A program made the translations under genes and the position numbers. A DNA stretch of 64,000 bases from Macrostomum lignano (taxonomy: Eukaryota), in NCBI GenBank assembly GCA_002269645.1, contig NIVC01001450.1:1-64000 (forward strand). Direction: 5' to 3'. The notes under the pieces were generated by a model that was not told the origin of the DNA, made no database searches, and was given only the letters and a program-made list of their open reading frames with translations. Of this stretch, positions 24,471-38,112 are shown piece by piece (the stretch's first letter is position 1; each line of letters opens with the position of its first letter).

Positions 24471-27400
24471 TTAGTCTTCAGTGAGAACTTCTGGAAACAC
24501 AACATTTCTGGTCCTTGTTCCCGGAATCCGGACGCGAACATTTGCCGCGTTCTTTGCTCGTGACAGCGCCGTGTACAGCTGGCCATGCGTGAAGCAACCG
24601 ACTGACAGGTCAATGCCAACTGTGTCCAGAGACTGTCCCTGCGACTTGTGAATCGTCAGGCAGAAACTCGGCTTCACAGGGAACTGCAGCCGCTTAAAAC
24701 TGACGGGGAGGTCCGCATTGCTAGGAATCAGCGGTATTCGCGGCAGAAGAATCTCGTCTTCCGTGAACTGGCCGGCGGCAATCTTGCATCTAAGCACGTT
24801 CTCGCCCATTGCGAGTATGATCAGCCGCGTACCATTGCACAATCGTGGCGGGTTGATGTTTCTGAGAAGAACTACTGGCATACCCACTTTTAGCCTCAGC
24901 AAGTGAATCGGAAAGTTCGGGGCATCCAGCTGGTTGAGCAACTCAGGCGGGAAGTGCGTAGCGGCATCCTCATCGGCCACACTGTCTATTGAGCGGTACT
25001 CCCGCAGGCTGCCGGGGAACATGCCCAGGCACGTCTCGTTGATGGCATCCACTGAGTCATTGTACGGCGCCAGGATCGCTCGGCTTGCAAAGTAGCCGTC
25101 CCTCTCCACTGACGCCTCAAACGATGGGTACACAAAATTTATCAGATCATTGAGCGGCGCCTCCGCAGAAATGATGATCTCAGCAGGAAGAGACACTTTC
25201 TCCTCTGCATCCTGCTCAATTGTTCCGGATCCGATCTGGGGGAGTTAAAAGTCAAATATTTAAAACGCTAGACAGACTTTAAGCAAGGCATTCTTGAATG
25301 AGCCACAATTTTTTTAATGGAGCTCTCAACACGAAAGAAACCGAATATCCTTAAATCTTCCAATATTTAAACTGATGAAAACAAACTTACCTGCTTGAGT
25401 AGCTCGGTGTATCTCAAATACGTTGCAGAATCGGAACTGCTCAGCAATCGGATGTTTCTTGTAAGGCGATGCCGCCGGAAAAATTTCCACAGTGGGGATC
25501 TGCTGACACACGCCATGACGCTGTTGGCTCGAGTCCCATGCACCACAACGGGCAGCAGCTGGCGAAAGTCCCCAGCGCAAACGAAAACCACTCCGCCGAA
25601 TGGCACGTCCTGCTTCCGCACGTCTCGCAAGCACCGGTCAACGGCCTCCAAATCCTTCCGGTTTGTCATAGAAATCTCGTCCCAGACAATTAGACGCACT
25701 GTCCGAAATACAGCGGCCTGTTTGGACTGCGCTCCAACAGCGCACACGTCTTTGCTCGAACGGATCGCCCGAATTGGTATCTTGAACCTGGCATAGACAA
25801 ATAGTTTCACCATGCCGAACATATTTACAGCACACGAAATATTTACAACTGCTTTTTGAAATATTGACAATAAATTACTCACGTTGAATGCGCCGTCTGT
25901 CCACCTGGCAAAAGAGTCGCTGCGATTCCAGAAGCCGCAACGGCGAGGGCGACTTCACCCCGGCTGCGCACGAAGGCTAGCAGAACCTCTAGCAGGAAGG
26001 TCTTGCCAGTGCCAGCAGGTGCGTCCAGGAAGTGCAAGCCGCTGGTGCCGTCCACAAGATTCTGAGTCACGGACTCGTACACCGCTTTCTGCTCATCTGT
26101 CAGCATTGGTAAGCGCGCCTCAGTAATCAGTGCTTGCTCAACCGTATCAAACTGCATTGGTCCATCTTGAGGTGTCACGGAGGCCGCAGGCAGGCCGTAC
26201 TCTGGCAGGCTTCTCCCGCCCATGGAGATCAGCATGCTCTGAAGCTCACGCAGCGCCAGGTCAGTAATCTCCTCGGTGCTCAAGTCTCGGTGGTGAAACC
26301 GCAGGTCCTCGCTGAGATCCTCGGCAAAACTGCACCAGAGGTCGCTGCCATCCTCAGGCTCACCCCATATGAGAATTACGGCCAGAAGATGTCTCAGGGC
26401 TCTTGGCATTCTTGACTGAACGGCCTCAGCTAGACACCGCCGCCAGTGATCATCTCGCTGCAGCAGGCCAAGGGCCATGCAAGCAGCCTTGGCGCTCGGA
26501 TGCACAACGCCGTCCACGGTCTGCAGCGCCTCGAAGCTAGTCGGTCCCCTAACATTCAAAAGGAGCATTCGAACATAAAATAAATCACCTGCTCTTGGAC
26601 TCACCGTGTACATGCGTGCAACGTTTTTGTTCCGCACTACACCCGGATGGCCATCGACTCGCACACCCTGCTTGGCCCGCCGCCACACTCTTTCGCTGGA
26701 GTGCCACACAAAGTAGGACGGCACCTCCGTGTAGAGCAAGGACCCATGCAGCAAATTCGTCAGTACGGCACAGCTTGAAAAATGCCGTCAACGTCGAATC
26801 CTTCGGCGTTCTCGCTTTTGCTCTTGCGGTCCCCTCGTTGAAATACACGAGCTGCTCTTCCGACTTGTGAACGCAGAGTCGGATGACCGCCGGAAACCTG
26901 TTGTGCACCTGATCAGAAAGGGAAAGGAAAATATACAGCCTTTAAGTTTCGATGGAAATTCAATTTATACTATGACGAGGTTTCACAGCTCCGGTTAAAA
27001 TGAGCCAATAATAATTAAAACGCGAATTACTTCAAAGCCCAAGATGGTATTCACGGCTTCCATTGGACCAATGTAGCGCGCGGACAGGTACTCCTTAATC
27101 TCATCACGCGGCTCATTTCGTGTCGTTTGCGTCGACCGCTGGTTACCCACTGCCTGCTCTCTCGGTTCAGTAGAATTCCTATTGGCATCGACTTTGAACG
27201 TCGCCATGTCGCCACCCTTTAACAGGTACTTGATCACGTACTTGACCGACTTCACAGTGGCGCAAACTTCGACGTTCAAGTGGCACGCAAACTGGAGCAA
27301 CAGGTCAGGGCTGTACGGAACGACCCACCTGTTTTAATGAAAAAATAATATCATTAACTTTCAGAAACAAAAGCTGCAATGCACAACTAAGCAATATATT

Positions 27401-30400
27401 AGCGTTTGAACTTCCCTGTTGTCCATGCGAATGCTCCGGCCTTTGAACAGTTTGTCCACTGTAAATCCGCCCATCTCAGGCGATAGTCTGCGGTACAGTG
27501 GGTAGCCAGTATCGCTGGTCAGCGTCACCTGCTGGAACTCTTTCGGAAAGCCCTTGCTGCATTCGCCATTCTCCATGCAAGGACACGCCGGATTCTCCTT
27601 GCCGCAGGGGCCATGGATCATGTGCGTCTTCACCAGCTCATACAGCACAGGCTGCTGCTCTGGGTCCGGAATCTCGGCAGACACGATGTCATCGTATCGG
27701 TCCGGAGTCACTCGCTGACCGCTCACGAGCCACAGCAGAAAGTGCACATGAGGAAGACCTGGAGCGTCAAAAAAGTATTAAAAAATATCACAAAACCTTT
27801 GTAAATCTAAATTTCAATAAATCTTAAAACTTTGATTCTTGCAAGTCAGAATTTTTACTCACCACGCTTCTGGTACTCCAGTGAGCAAACGTGAGCGGCC
27901 TCTTTCCCATAGCGCTTGGTCAACTGGGCCAGCAGAGCTTTCTTCTTCATTTCAAAGACTCGGCTAACAATGTCGGGCCGGTCTTCTGCCCGCTGTCCAG
28001 GCAGAAGCTGAGCGCTGATCTCCGGCCATTTCGGATTGCACGTTGCGGTGACAAACAGGTCCGGCTTACCGAACTTGTGAACATAGGTCATAGCGTCCTG
28101 TAGCCTCTCCATCAGGTACCTTGGCCCGCCAACGAAGCTCGAAGACAGAAGCACATGCGCGGGCTTGCCTATGTCACTCGGATCTCTGTCGGTAGACCTG
28201 CCATCAGCTGCAAACAGAGCGTCCCGCAGACCGCTGTACGTCTCGCTGCGCAGGTCCTGCTGATGGGTCCGCAAATACAGCAGCCTCTCTGCCTCAATCT
28301 TGGCACACATGTCCACCAAGTACTGCTGAAATAATCTTCGGCCATAGTGCAGCACACTGAACTGGCCCGCTCGCACCATGATTTCGCTCGCATAGTATTT
28401 CATGGGCGTCAATTTCTTGCCATTACTCATCAGCAACTCCGGGTGCCAGCCATCTTCGCCATTCGGGAACAGCAGCACATACTCCAGCGGGTCATATGAG
28501 CGGTGCGTCTCGCTGATTCTCTGGGAACCGCCACCACGCAGTTGAATCACGACGTCCCGACTGGCCGGTGTGTTCTCATTGTCCTCCACAATCAGGATAC
28601 CGACCTCGTTCGCCGTAGGCAAGTTGTAGCGCCTGATTTTGAACGGAGTTTGTGGGATACAGAGTCTGTACAAATTGGATAATTGGATAATTTATTACGC
28701 AAAATATCTTATTAGAATGTCTTGCAGACATACCGAATGTGTTCCCCAGATGGTCGACGGTCAGGGTGAATTACGATTCGCGCATCTCCCAACTCCGGAT
28801 CTTGACTGATTCGATGAGCGACTGCCCTCAGGCTGCGGACATAGCCGTTGCACTCGTGAAGCAGCGTCTGCAAAAGCTCCAGTAGCTCCGGCTTCACCTT
28901 CTGGCTGAGACTCTGGCGGCTTTCAAGTTCGCGATCATTGAAATACACCTGCCAGCCATGGGGCTCAGCTGAATCCTCTGCAAACAGCGGCGCCGTGTTG
29001 TGATGCAACTGGCCGCTGATGATGAAGCTGGGACACCAGCCTGGCACCAACCGCAGTTTGGCACCCAGCGATGTCAGGTGCAGCGCCGAGTTGTAACTCC
29101 GAATGTTGGTCAGGAACTCGGCACTCATTCTGTGCCGCCCCAGGTACAGATCTGCCAGCACTTGAGGCACGGTGCGGCTGGGCAGCTTCACCTTGCCTTT
29201 GGCGCAGCAGAAATTCCTCGTCTCAGAGCACCAAAGTAATGCACCGCATTGGTCGCATGCTCTGTCCATTGGGCCACAGTTATGGGCTGGCGCTTCAGGC
29301 CTGATAATCCGTTCTGGCCTGTGATTGGAAGGATTAGGAGTAGGAAGGATTAATGGCAAACAGTTTTCCCAGTTAATCTTTCAGCTTACAAAAAAATTTA
29401 TTGGAATAAAACAACTTGAGTTCGATGACAAATAAATTATGATGACCAGTCACACCAATGACCTACCTCTCTTGAGCAGGTCTTGCGCCACAATGACCTG
29501 CACTCTGCTGAGTTAATCTTGGCTCCTCTGCATCTACAATGGGCTCAGAAACTGGAATCGGATTAGCAAATCGCAATGACTCATAATGCTCATGACGCAA
29601 AAGAATTCGGACGATTGCAATCGGTGGCTGCAAAGGGGACATACAGTACTGCAGTACAGTGCCGTTTTCTTGATAAATCACCAGATCAACATTAAAACAA
29701 CGGCTTAAAAGCGGAACAACTTCATCAGGCACATATGTGCCTTCAGAAAAAGAGGAATCAACAATGAAATCAGCATTTTCTGGCAAAACAAAGCCTTGTT
29801 CAATCAATTCTGGCATAATCTGCACTACACGGCTCGTCAGCTCGTGTCTTAAAGATGCCGCATCGGTCTCAAGTGGAGTGCCCTGCAACTGGTCACAGAC
29901 TGCATAAAAAAAACAGTTCCCATCACCAGGAATGCGAATTATGCGCAACGCATCAAAAGGTACCACAGACGGTGTGGCCAACTCACTACTATCAAACCTG
30001 GAATATAGGAAAAAAATTATACACAACTTCATTTGCCGGTAATTAAAGTAGTGACGAATAAATTTTATGCTATTCTATACTGATCTCTTAAATAAAACTC
30101 TTGGAAAGCAATCGACTTGAAAAGTTGAGAAAAAATGCACGAAACAGATTCCAGTTTTTAATTATATGCCCAAGTACCAATAAAACATCAGCTAAGATAG
30201 AAAATACCCCGAATTAGGCACAATGGGCACTTGGATTTTATATAGCTATAAAATATATAGCTCCAATTAAAATGTCATCCTACCTGCCAGCCGACACTCC
30301 TCGACGGCGAATTTGCTCGGCTTCCACTCGAGCTCTTCGTTGCTCTTCGGTTTCTGAAGCGCGTCGCTTCTCCGCACGAGTTCTGTCTCCAGATTTACGC

Positions 30401-30555
30401 TCTTCTCGCTGAGCGTCGGTTTCCGTTGCCCTTCGCTCATTCTTCTGCTGCCGCAGTCCAGCCAGCCGCTCCTCTCGCTGAACGGCACTCTGTTGCTGAC
30501 GCTTCTTCTTGGCATCTCTGCTCTTCTTCAATGCGCTGGTGCCACGTCGAGCCAT
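24471..30555 (-). pseudogene. Helitron RepHel polyprotein (STPR-like, OTU, Zn finger, HUH Rep, PIF1 helicase), 9 exons, about 1660 aa, two lesions
   Basis: Exons 30555-30284, 29997-29467, 29318-28734, 28632-27863, 27758-27416, 27328-27031, 26908-25883, 25787-25391 and 25235-24471. Motifs: RASETEEQRRAR; OTU PGDGNCFFYAV...HYES; CDQCGA...CCAKG; LEYQKRGLPHVH; YVIKY; LDAPAGTGKT; WDEISM; GDFRQLLP; TIHKSQG; HGQLYTALSR. One +1 frameshift near 26750 and a GG instead of GT donor at 27415. Confidence 0.9.
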
Positions 30556-31552
30556 ATTGGAATTCAAATTGAAAGATAAGAATTTTGAGTTATAATGAAA
30601 AGAAAGGATAGTAGGGGTTGTGTGCGAGAAAAGAGAAAGGTATGAAGTCTATAATGTCACGCGTTTTAAACTCAGCAACAACCCAATCCCAAAAAGCTGG
30701 ACACCATTTGTACACTGTTAGACTGTCAGTGTGTACAGCAAGCCTAAATTCTCTCCAATACCCGCCTGCTAATTGGTCAGGACTTTTTTATTATTCAATA
30801 CTCTCTCTCAAACACCTAACTCTAACTCTCCTATGTGAAAGGATTCAGATAAATTTTCTGAACTGGAGGCGCAAGCCTCAGTAGCCAATGTACATCTATC
30901 TCTGTGGCACTTTTGGACTTTTTTATAATCAGACGGTTTTATTACATTTTGGAGGGTCAGTCTCAACATGGTTCGTATATTGTGAATCAATTAGATACTG
31001 TATATATGTGCATGTATTTCACTCTCTCACTATCCCTCTCTCCAGCATTTAAAGTTAGTATGTCAATTGTGCACGGGGACATTTTATAATGTACAATCTT
31101 TTCTCGCAGTCTACATTTATAGTTCTCTAGCCTGGCGACAAAAAATACTACTTTACTGGGCGCTGCAAAGTTCAATTCCAATAAGAATGGCTCACAGTAG
31201 GAAGTTCTGCTTGACCCTTGCAGAAAGTGTTTTCAACACTGTGACGCAATTCAAGGCGGAGATACAATTCAGCTGTTATGCAATCTTTATCACAATCAGA
31301 ATTCAGTCAGTCAGTTTTTTCTCTAGCATTTTTACAATGCATTTCAGGTCGAAAGAGCTGCTTGACCTTTGCAAAAAAGCATGTTTTTCGAATATTTAAT
31401 ACCTTTAACATTGAGCAATTTCTTAGCCAAGATGCATGTACCGTCCCAGGAAAATTTCTGATCGAATGGTGCAAGTTTGAAGAAAATCGATTGAGCCAAT
31501 TTTTCTGAAATCTATCGCATACCCACAGACAACTCATTTTTAGTATATAGGA

Positions 31553-34500
31553 CTAGCAATCTTTGCCCCCCGTTGGGGGACATCTATATAGAGTCTCTGT
31601 TCTCTACAAGTAAGTAACAAAAAAATAGTGAAATAAAGCCTTCACAAAGAAAACAGACAAAATACTCAAATGAAGTGCAATGCAAAAAGAAATCATCGCA
31701 AGACAGCAAGCATCCCCCAGATAGTAAGCATCCCCCAGATAGCAAGCATCCCCCAGATAGCAAGCATCCCCCAGATAGCAAGCATCCCCCAGATAGCAAG
31801 CATCCCCCAGATAGCAAGCATCCCCAGATAGCAAGCATCCCCCAGATAGCAAGCATCCCCCAGATAGCAAGCATCCCCAGATAGCAAGCATCCCCCAGAT
31901 AGCAAGCATCCCCAAGATAGATAGCATCCCCAAATAGCAAGCATCCACCAGACAATAAGTAGCTAGTGCGACAATTTCTTTAGCATTATAGCGGCTCCTT
32001 TAAAATTCACTTACTTTTACATTTGAAATTGTGTATATTTTATGTTTAACAGGGTGGCTCTTTTATGTTCTACATTGTGGCTCTTTTTTGTTCAACATGG
32101 TAACTCTTTTATGTTTGATACGGTGGCTTCCAATGTCTGACATGGTGGCTCTTCTATGTTTGACATGGTGGCTCTTCTATGTTTGACAAAGTGGCTCTTT
32201 AACGTTCGACATGGTGGTGCTTTAATGCTCAACATGGTGGCTCTTTATTGTTTGACATGGTGGCTCTTTAATGTTCTACATTGTGGCTCTTTAACGTTCG
32301 ACAGGGTGGCTCTTTAATGTTTGACATGGAGTCATGTATGTGTTAGACATGGAGTCATGTATATATTTGGCATGGAGTCACATATATGCTTTACATGGTG
32401 GCTCTTTAATGTTCGACATGGTGGCTCTTTAACGTTCAACATGGTGACACTTTAATGTCTGAAATGATGGCTCTTTAATGTTTGACATGGAGTCACGTAT
32501 ACGCTTGACATGGTGACTCGTTAATGTTTGACATGGTGGCTCTTTAACGTTCGACATGGTGGCTCTTTAATGTTAGACATGGTGGCTCTTTATTGTTTTA
32601 CATGGTGGCTCTTTTATGTTCGACATGGTGGCTCTTTAACGTTCGACATGGTGGCTCTTTAATGTTCGACATGGAGTCACATATATGTTGGACATGGTGG
32701 CTCTTTAATGTTGCATGTTGGACATGGTGGCTCTTTAATGTTCGACTTGGAGTCACATATATGTTAGACATGGTGGCTCTTTAATGTTGGACATGGTGGC
32801 TTTTTAATGTTCGACATGGTGACACTTTAATGTCTGAAATGATGGCTCTTTAATGTTTGACATGGAGTCACGTATACGCTTGACATGGTGACTCGTTAAT
32901 GTTTGACATGGTGGCTCTTTAACGTTCGACATGGTGGCTCTTTAATGTTAGACATGGTGGCTCTTTAATGTTTTACATGGTGGCTCTTTTATGTTCGACA
33001 TGGTGGCTCTTTAACGTTCGACATGGTGGCTCTTTAATGTTCGACATGGAGTCACATATATGTTGGACATGGTGGCTCTTTAATGTTGCATGTTGGACAT
33101 AGTGGCTCTTTAATGTTAGACATGGTGGCTCTTTAATGTTCGACATGGAGTCACATATATGTTGGACATGGTGGCTCTTTAATGTTGCATGTTGGACATG
33201 GTGGCTCTTTAATGTTAGACATGGTGGCTCTTTAAATTTTTTTCATGGTGGCTCTTAAATGTTTGACATGGTGGCTCTTTATTATTTGACATGGTGGCTC
33301 TTTAATGTTTGACATGGTGGTTCTTTAATGTTCGACATGGTGGCTCTTTAATGTTCAACGTGGTGGCTCTTTAATGTTCGAAAAAGTGGCTCCTTTATGT
33401 TTGACATGGTGGCTCTTTAATGTTTGACATGGTGGCTCTTTAATGTTTGACATTGTAGCTCTTAAATGTTCGACATGGTGGTTCTTTTACGTTTGACATG
33501 GTGGCTCTTAAATGTTTGACATTGTAGCTCTTAAATGTTCGACATGGTGGTTCTTTTACGTTTGACATGGTGGCTCTTTAATTTTCGACATGTTGGCTCT
33601 TTTATGTTTGACATGGTAGCTCTTTAATTTTCGACAAAGTGGCTCTTTAATGTTTGACATGGTGGCTCGTTAATGTTTGACATGGTAGCTCTTTAATGTT
33701 CGACATGGTGGTTCTTTATTGTTAGACATGGTGGCTCTTTTATGTTTGACATGGTGGCTTTTTCACGTTCGACGTGGTGGCTCTTTAAAGTTTGACATGG
33801 TGGCTTTTTTATGTTTGACATGGTAGCTCTTTAATGTTCGACATGGTGGCTCTTTTAAGTATGACAAAGTGGCTCTTTAATTTTTGACATGGTGGCTCTT
33901 TAATGTTTGACATGGTGGCTCTTTAATGTTCGACATGTCGGTTCTTTTACATTTGACATGGTGGCTGTTTAATGTTCGAAAAAGTGGTTCTTTATTGTTA
34001 GACATGGTGGCTCTTTTATGCTTGACATGGTGGCTTTTTCACGTTCGACGTGGTGGCTCTTTAAAGTTTGACATGGTGGCTTTTTTATGTTTGACATGGT
34101 AGCTCTTTAATGTTTGACATGGTGGCTCTTTTAAGTATGACAAAGTGGCTCTTTAATTTTTGACATGGTGGCTCTTTAATGTTTGACATGGTGGCTCTTT
34201 AATGTTCGACATGTCGGTTCTTTTACGTTTGACATGGTGGCTCTTTAATGTTCGACATGGTGGTTCTTTTACGTTTGACATGGTGGCTCTTTAATGTTCA
34301 ACATGTAGGTTCTTTTACGTTTGACATGGTGGCTCTTTTATGTTTGACATGGAGTCACGTATATATGTTTTACATGGAGTCACAAATATGTTTGACATGG
34401 TGGCTTTTTAATGCTTGACATGGTGGCTCGTTTATGTTTGGCATGGTGGCTCTTTAATGTTCGACATGGTGCCACTGATATGTTTGACATTGTGCTTCTT

Positions 34501-35092
34501 TTATGTTTAGCAGTTTCATGTTTTCAAGGTGTTTTAATAAAAAAATTATTTTGCACTACTAAGATTCGAACCCAGGTCGCTACATTAGCATTCCAGTCTG
34601 TTCGCATCTGGGCTATCTCTTTTCAATTGGAGTACATCAATTGTGGCCCTTATAATCAATTCTTACAGCAAGTCAATTAGAGTAAAAAGTTATGACATAA
34701 TCAATTTCTCAGTCAGCCAGTATCAGTTTCAATTCAAGTTAGCAATAGGCCTATTGGTTACGCAATTTAAATCAAGTTGTGTGTTCATTTCTTCGGCACT
34801 GTTTTCGACTTGTTGTGATGCAATCTTTATCAGAATTGAAATTCAGCCAGTCAGTTTTTTCTCTAGCATTCTTACAATGCATTTCAAGTCGAAAATTTTG
34901 CTTGACCTTTGCAAAAAAGCATGTTTTTCAAATATTTAATCCCTTTAATATATAGCAATTTCTTAGCCAAGATGCATGTACCGTCCCAGGAGAATTTCTG
35001 ATCGAATGGTGCAAGTTTGAAGAAAATCGGTTGAGCCATTTTTTCTGAAATCTATCGCATACCCACAGACAACTCATTTTTAGTATATAGGA
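31553..35092 (-). mobile_element. Non-autonomous Helitron derivative (3540 bp) joined head-to-tail to the first
   Basis: Its 3' end (31553-32030) parallels 22578-22920 including hairpin and CTAG. Its 5' end (about 34800-35092) parallels 31200-31552 and ends ...TAGTATATAGGA. No coding sequence. Confidence 0.88.
32040..34510. repeat. Expanded 23-bp minisatellite (about 2.5 kb, roughly 100 copies) inside the non-autonomous Helitron
   Basis: Unit TTTAATGTT(C/T)GACATGGTGGCTC with GGAGTCACATAT variant units and internal block duplications. Confidence 0.95.
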
Positions 35093-36139
35093 CTTCGATC
35101 ATTAGGTCATTGACGATAATAAAAACGCCCAGCTAAGTAGTCACAGTTGCGGTCAATCGTTCGGATGCTCGCTCAAGTATAAGCATATTGAACTTGAACT
35201 ACTTAACTTATTATTGCTCACTTTGACTTCAAATCTGATTGCCATACTTGTTATCGACTTTATTATTTTTGGAGAAAATAATTGGCGACCACACCTAGTT
35301 TCTATATCCTACTACACAGTACACATACGAGCCCAACATCTTGAAAATTCAAGCAAGACCCAAACCAAACCTCTTTCTTTACATAACTTGCATTCAAAAG
35401 GAAGCACTTTTTGAATTCAGTGAACTAAATTTTCTACAAAGTGATATACACACATACCAATCTGATATATAGTTGAGCAAAAAATGCCATTGTTCGGTTG
35501 ATAGGGCCTACCAAATTGACTTGTTCGGTTCGGTTTTCGGATCTCGGGATCATTAACCGAACAGTTCTAAAAGGTCCAATCTTCAAAACCGAAGGAACAA
35601 AAATTAAATGTCCAAAAAATGTATTTTTCGCTTGCTTCTTGTACCTTATAATGAATAAGATCTTTTTTAAAAGAACAGCTCATTCAAGCCACGTAATTGT
35701 ATTTTTCGCTTAAAAATGTACCAATTTTAATGCAAGATACAGAGGATTTTTCCATTTTGACAAAATCTTCATATTAACTGCTTCTATTTCTACTAACAGT
35801 AGCTAAAAGCGACATAACTCCATATACTCGTACATTTTATTTCAGAATTCCACAATATAGAAAAGAAAATCGAATCAACAAGACAGGCCAAGCTACGTAC
35901 GTAAAGCAAAAGCCAAAAGCACAATATAAAATTTAGTAATATGACTACAATCAAAATACATTCAGTAAAACCCTTAATAGAAAAGAAACAGATATATGCT
36001 AGTAGGCCATAGGTCTAGGCCCTATCAGAACGGGAAAATTCAAAGTTCTGACGAATTATATGATGGTGGGAAGGAGAACTATACAAGGCGGTGGAGACTC
36101 GCCTACTCACAGATAAATTGATAGTCAAATGCAGAGAGG

Positions 36140-36950
36140 CTCCTTGATACATGTACTGTAGATTGATAGACAGAAGCAGTTAGAGAGGCGCCTTGATACA
36201 TGTCAGATTGATGGACAGAAGCAGTTGGAGAGGCGCCCTTGATACATGTAGATTGATAGACAGAAGCAGTTAGAGAGGCGCCTTGATACATCAGATTGAT
36301 GGACAGAAGCAGTTGGAGAGGCGCCCTTGATACATGTAGATTGATAGACAGAAGCAGTTAGAGAGGCGCCCTTGATACATGTCAGATTGATGGAAAGAAG
36401 CAGTTGGAGAGGCGCCCTTCAGACATGTAAATTGATAGACAGAAGCAGTTAGAGAGGCGCCTTGATACATGTCAGATTGATGGACAGAAGCAGTTGGAGA
36501 GGCGCCCTTGATACATGTTAGATTGATAGACAGAAGCAGTTAGAGAGGCGCCCTTGATACATGTCAGATTGATGGACAGAAGCAGTTGGAGAGGCGCCCT
36601 TCAGACATGTAGATTGATAGACAGAAGCAGTTAGAGAGGCGCCTTGATACATGTTAGATTGATAGACAGAAGCAGTTAGAGAGGCGCCCTTCATACATGT
36701 AGATTGATAGACAAAAGCAGTTGGAGAGGCGCCTTGATGCATTTAGATTGATGGACAGAAGCAGTTAGAGAGGCGTAGAGAGGCGCCCTTCATACATGTA
36801 GATTGATAGACAAAAGCAGTTGGAGAGGCGCCCTTCATACATGTAGATTGATAGACAGAAGCAGTTGGAGAGGCGCCTTGATGCATTTAGATTGATGGAC
36901 AGAAGCAGTTAGAGAGGCGCCCTTGATCTAAGTAGATTGATAGACCAGAC
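36140..36950. repeat. Tandem repeat, about 45-bp unit, about 18 copies
   Basis: GATACATGTAGATTGATAGACAGAAGCAGTTAGAGAGGCGCCCTT with alternating ATAGAC/ATGGAC and TTAG/TTGG variants. Confidence 0.93.
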
Positions 36951-37704
36951 CTCTGTAAGCCTGAATGTAGAAAATAGGTTTGATATTATTGTAAAAGTTT
37001 AATGTACTTTTATACCTTAAAAGCTACTTGAAACGTAAAAGAAATTAGGTAGACTACACTTTCTTGCTAATGCGCTTTCGTACAGCTTTTTACTACGGCT
37101 AGATATATTTCCAAAATGGCCTAAGTGATAAGACTTAGATAAATACTCAGGGCCTAGCCCTGGCCTTTATAGCCACTGCATGGCAATACGAAAATTAATA
37201 TGAATTCGGGCAAATTTATGAATTGTGACAAAAACTATAGAAAAATATCAGCGTGAAAAGCTGCTACCAGCTGCCGCAAATAAAGTGATTCTTTCATTCT
37301 TTAACTTGTTTCATTTCAGAACGTTTCGACCAGGCGAGCAGTCCATGTTGTGCCAACAACGTGGCACAACGTGGCTGTCAATTCTGTTAAGAGCCATTGA
37401 GAAGAATGCGCGAGCAGCTGGGCACGTGGTGACCAATCAACTGACAGGCGAACCCGTGACTTGCAAATGAAGCAAGCAATTTATTGATTGTACGTTCAAA
37501 CACCTCACTTTTGCTCGTATCATTAACTTACGAACCTCAGCCCTATTTCTATAATTAATGCTTTTTCTGTCAAGAGTTTTTTTTCAATTCACGAATATAG
37601 AACACTAATCATTTAGTTCATGGTCTGTGCTATGAACAAAAAGATTTGAACAAAAACCGAACAGCTGTTTTGTTATTTTGGATTCTACTAGGAGGAGTAG
37701 GTTT

Positions 37705-38112
37705 GATAAATAATATTAATAATAACTGACACTATAGATCCAAGGACCAGTGCAGGTGTTGTGTCAAGCACAGTACGAGCGTAGCAGGTGGGGACTGCAC
37801 ACTTAATGTAATCGCCGGCTCTCTCCACCGGTTGATAGCCGCGTGTCAGCAATGGAATTAATTTTTCGACACATATCGACAGTATCCAAACCCCACTGAA
37901 TTGCCGCACAGAGCTGCTTTGTTTCAAGCTAGCCGGAATTATTATTACCCGACGAAATTTCGGGTACTCATTTGCAGCTGAGCAGACTGTGTGCACTTCA
38001 GGGCAAAGCAGCTTGCCAAAGACTGCACGAATAGTTCTAGACTAGGTCGGGAGACGAACCCAGGACCATCTGGTCGAGAGTCTGACACCTTACAAAGAGC
38101 TATCCGCCCCTT
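37705..38112 (-). mobile_element. Probable tRNA-derived SINE (second family)
   Basis: Minus strand begins GGGCGGATAGCTCTTTGTAAGG...CCTGGGTTCGTCTCCC (A/B-box-like), then CTTTGGCAAGCTGCTTTGCCC...CAGCTGCAAATGAGTACC (SINE-core-like), and ends in an A/T-rich TTATTATTAATATTATTTA tail. Confidence 0.5.

Larger units (their letters stand above)
22578..31552 (-). mobile_element. Autonomous-type Helitron (8975 bp)
   Basis: On the minus strand: 5' TCCTATATACTAAAA at 31552, and 3' hairpin CCCCCAACGGGGGG followed about 10 nt later by CTAG|T at 22578. Contains the RepHel gene. Confidence 0.9.
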
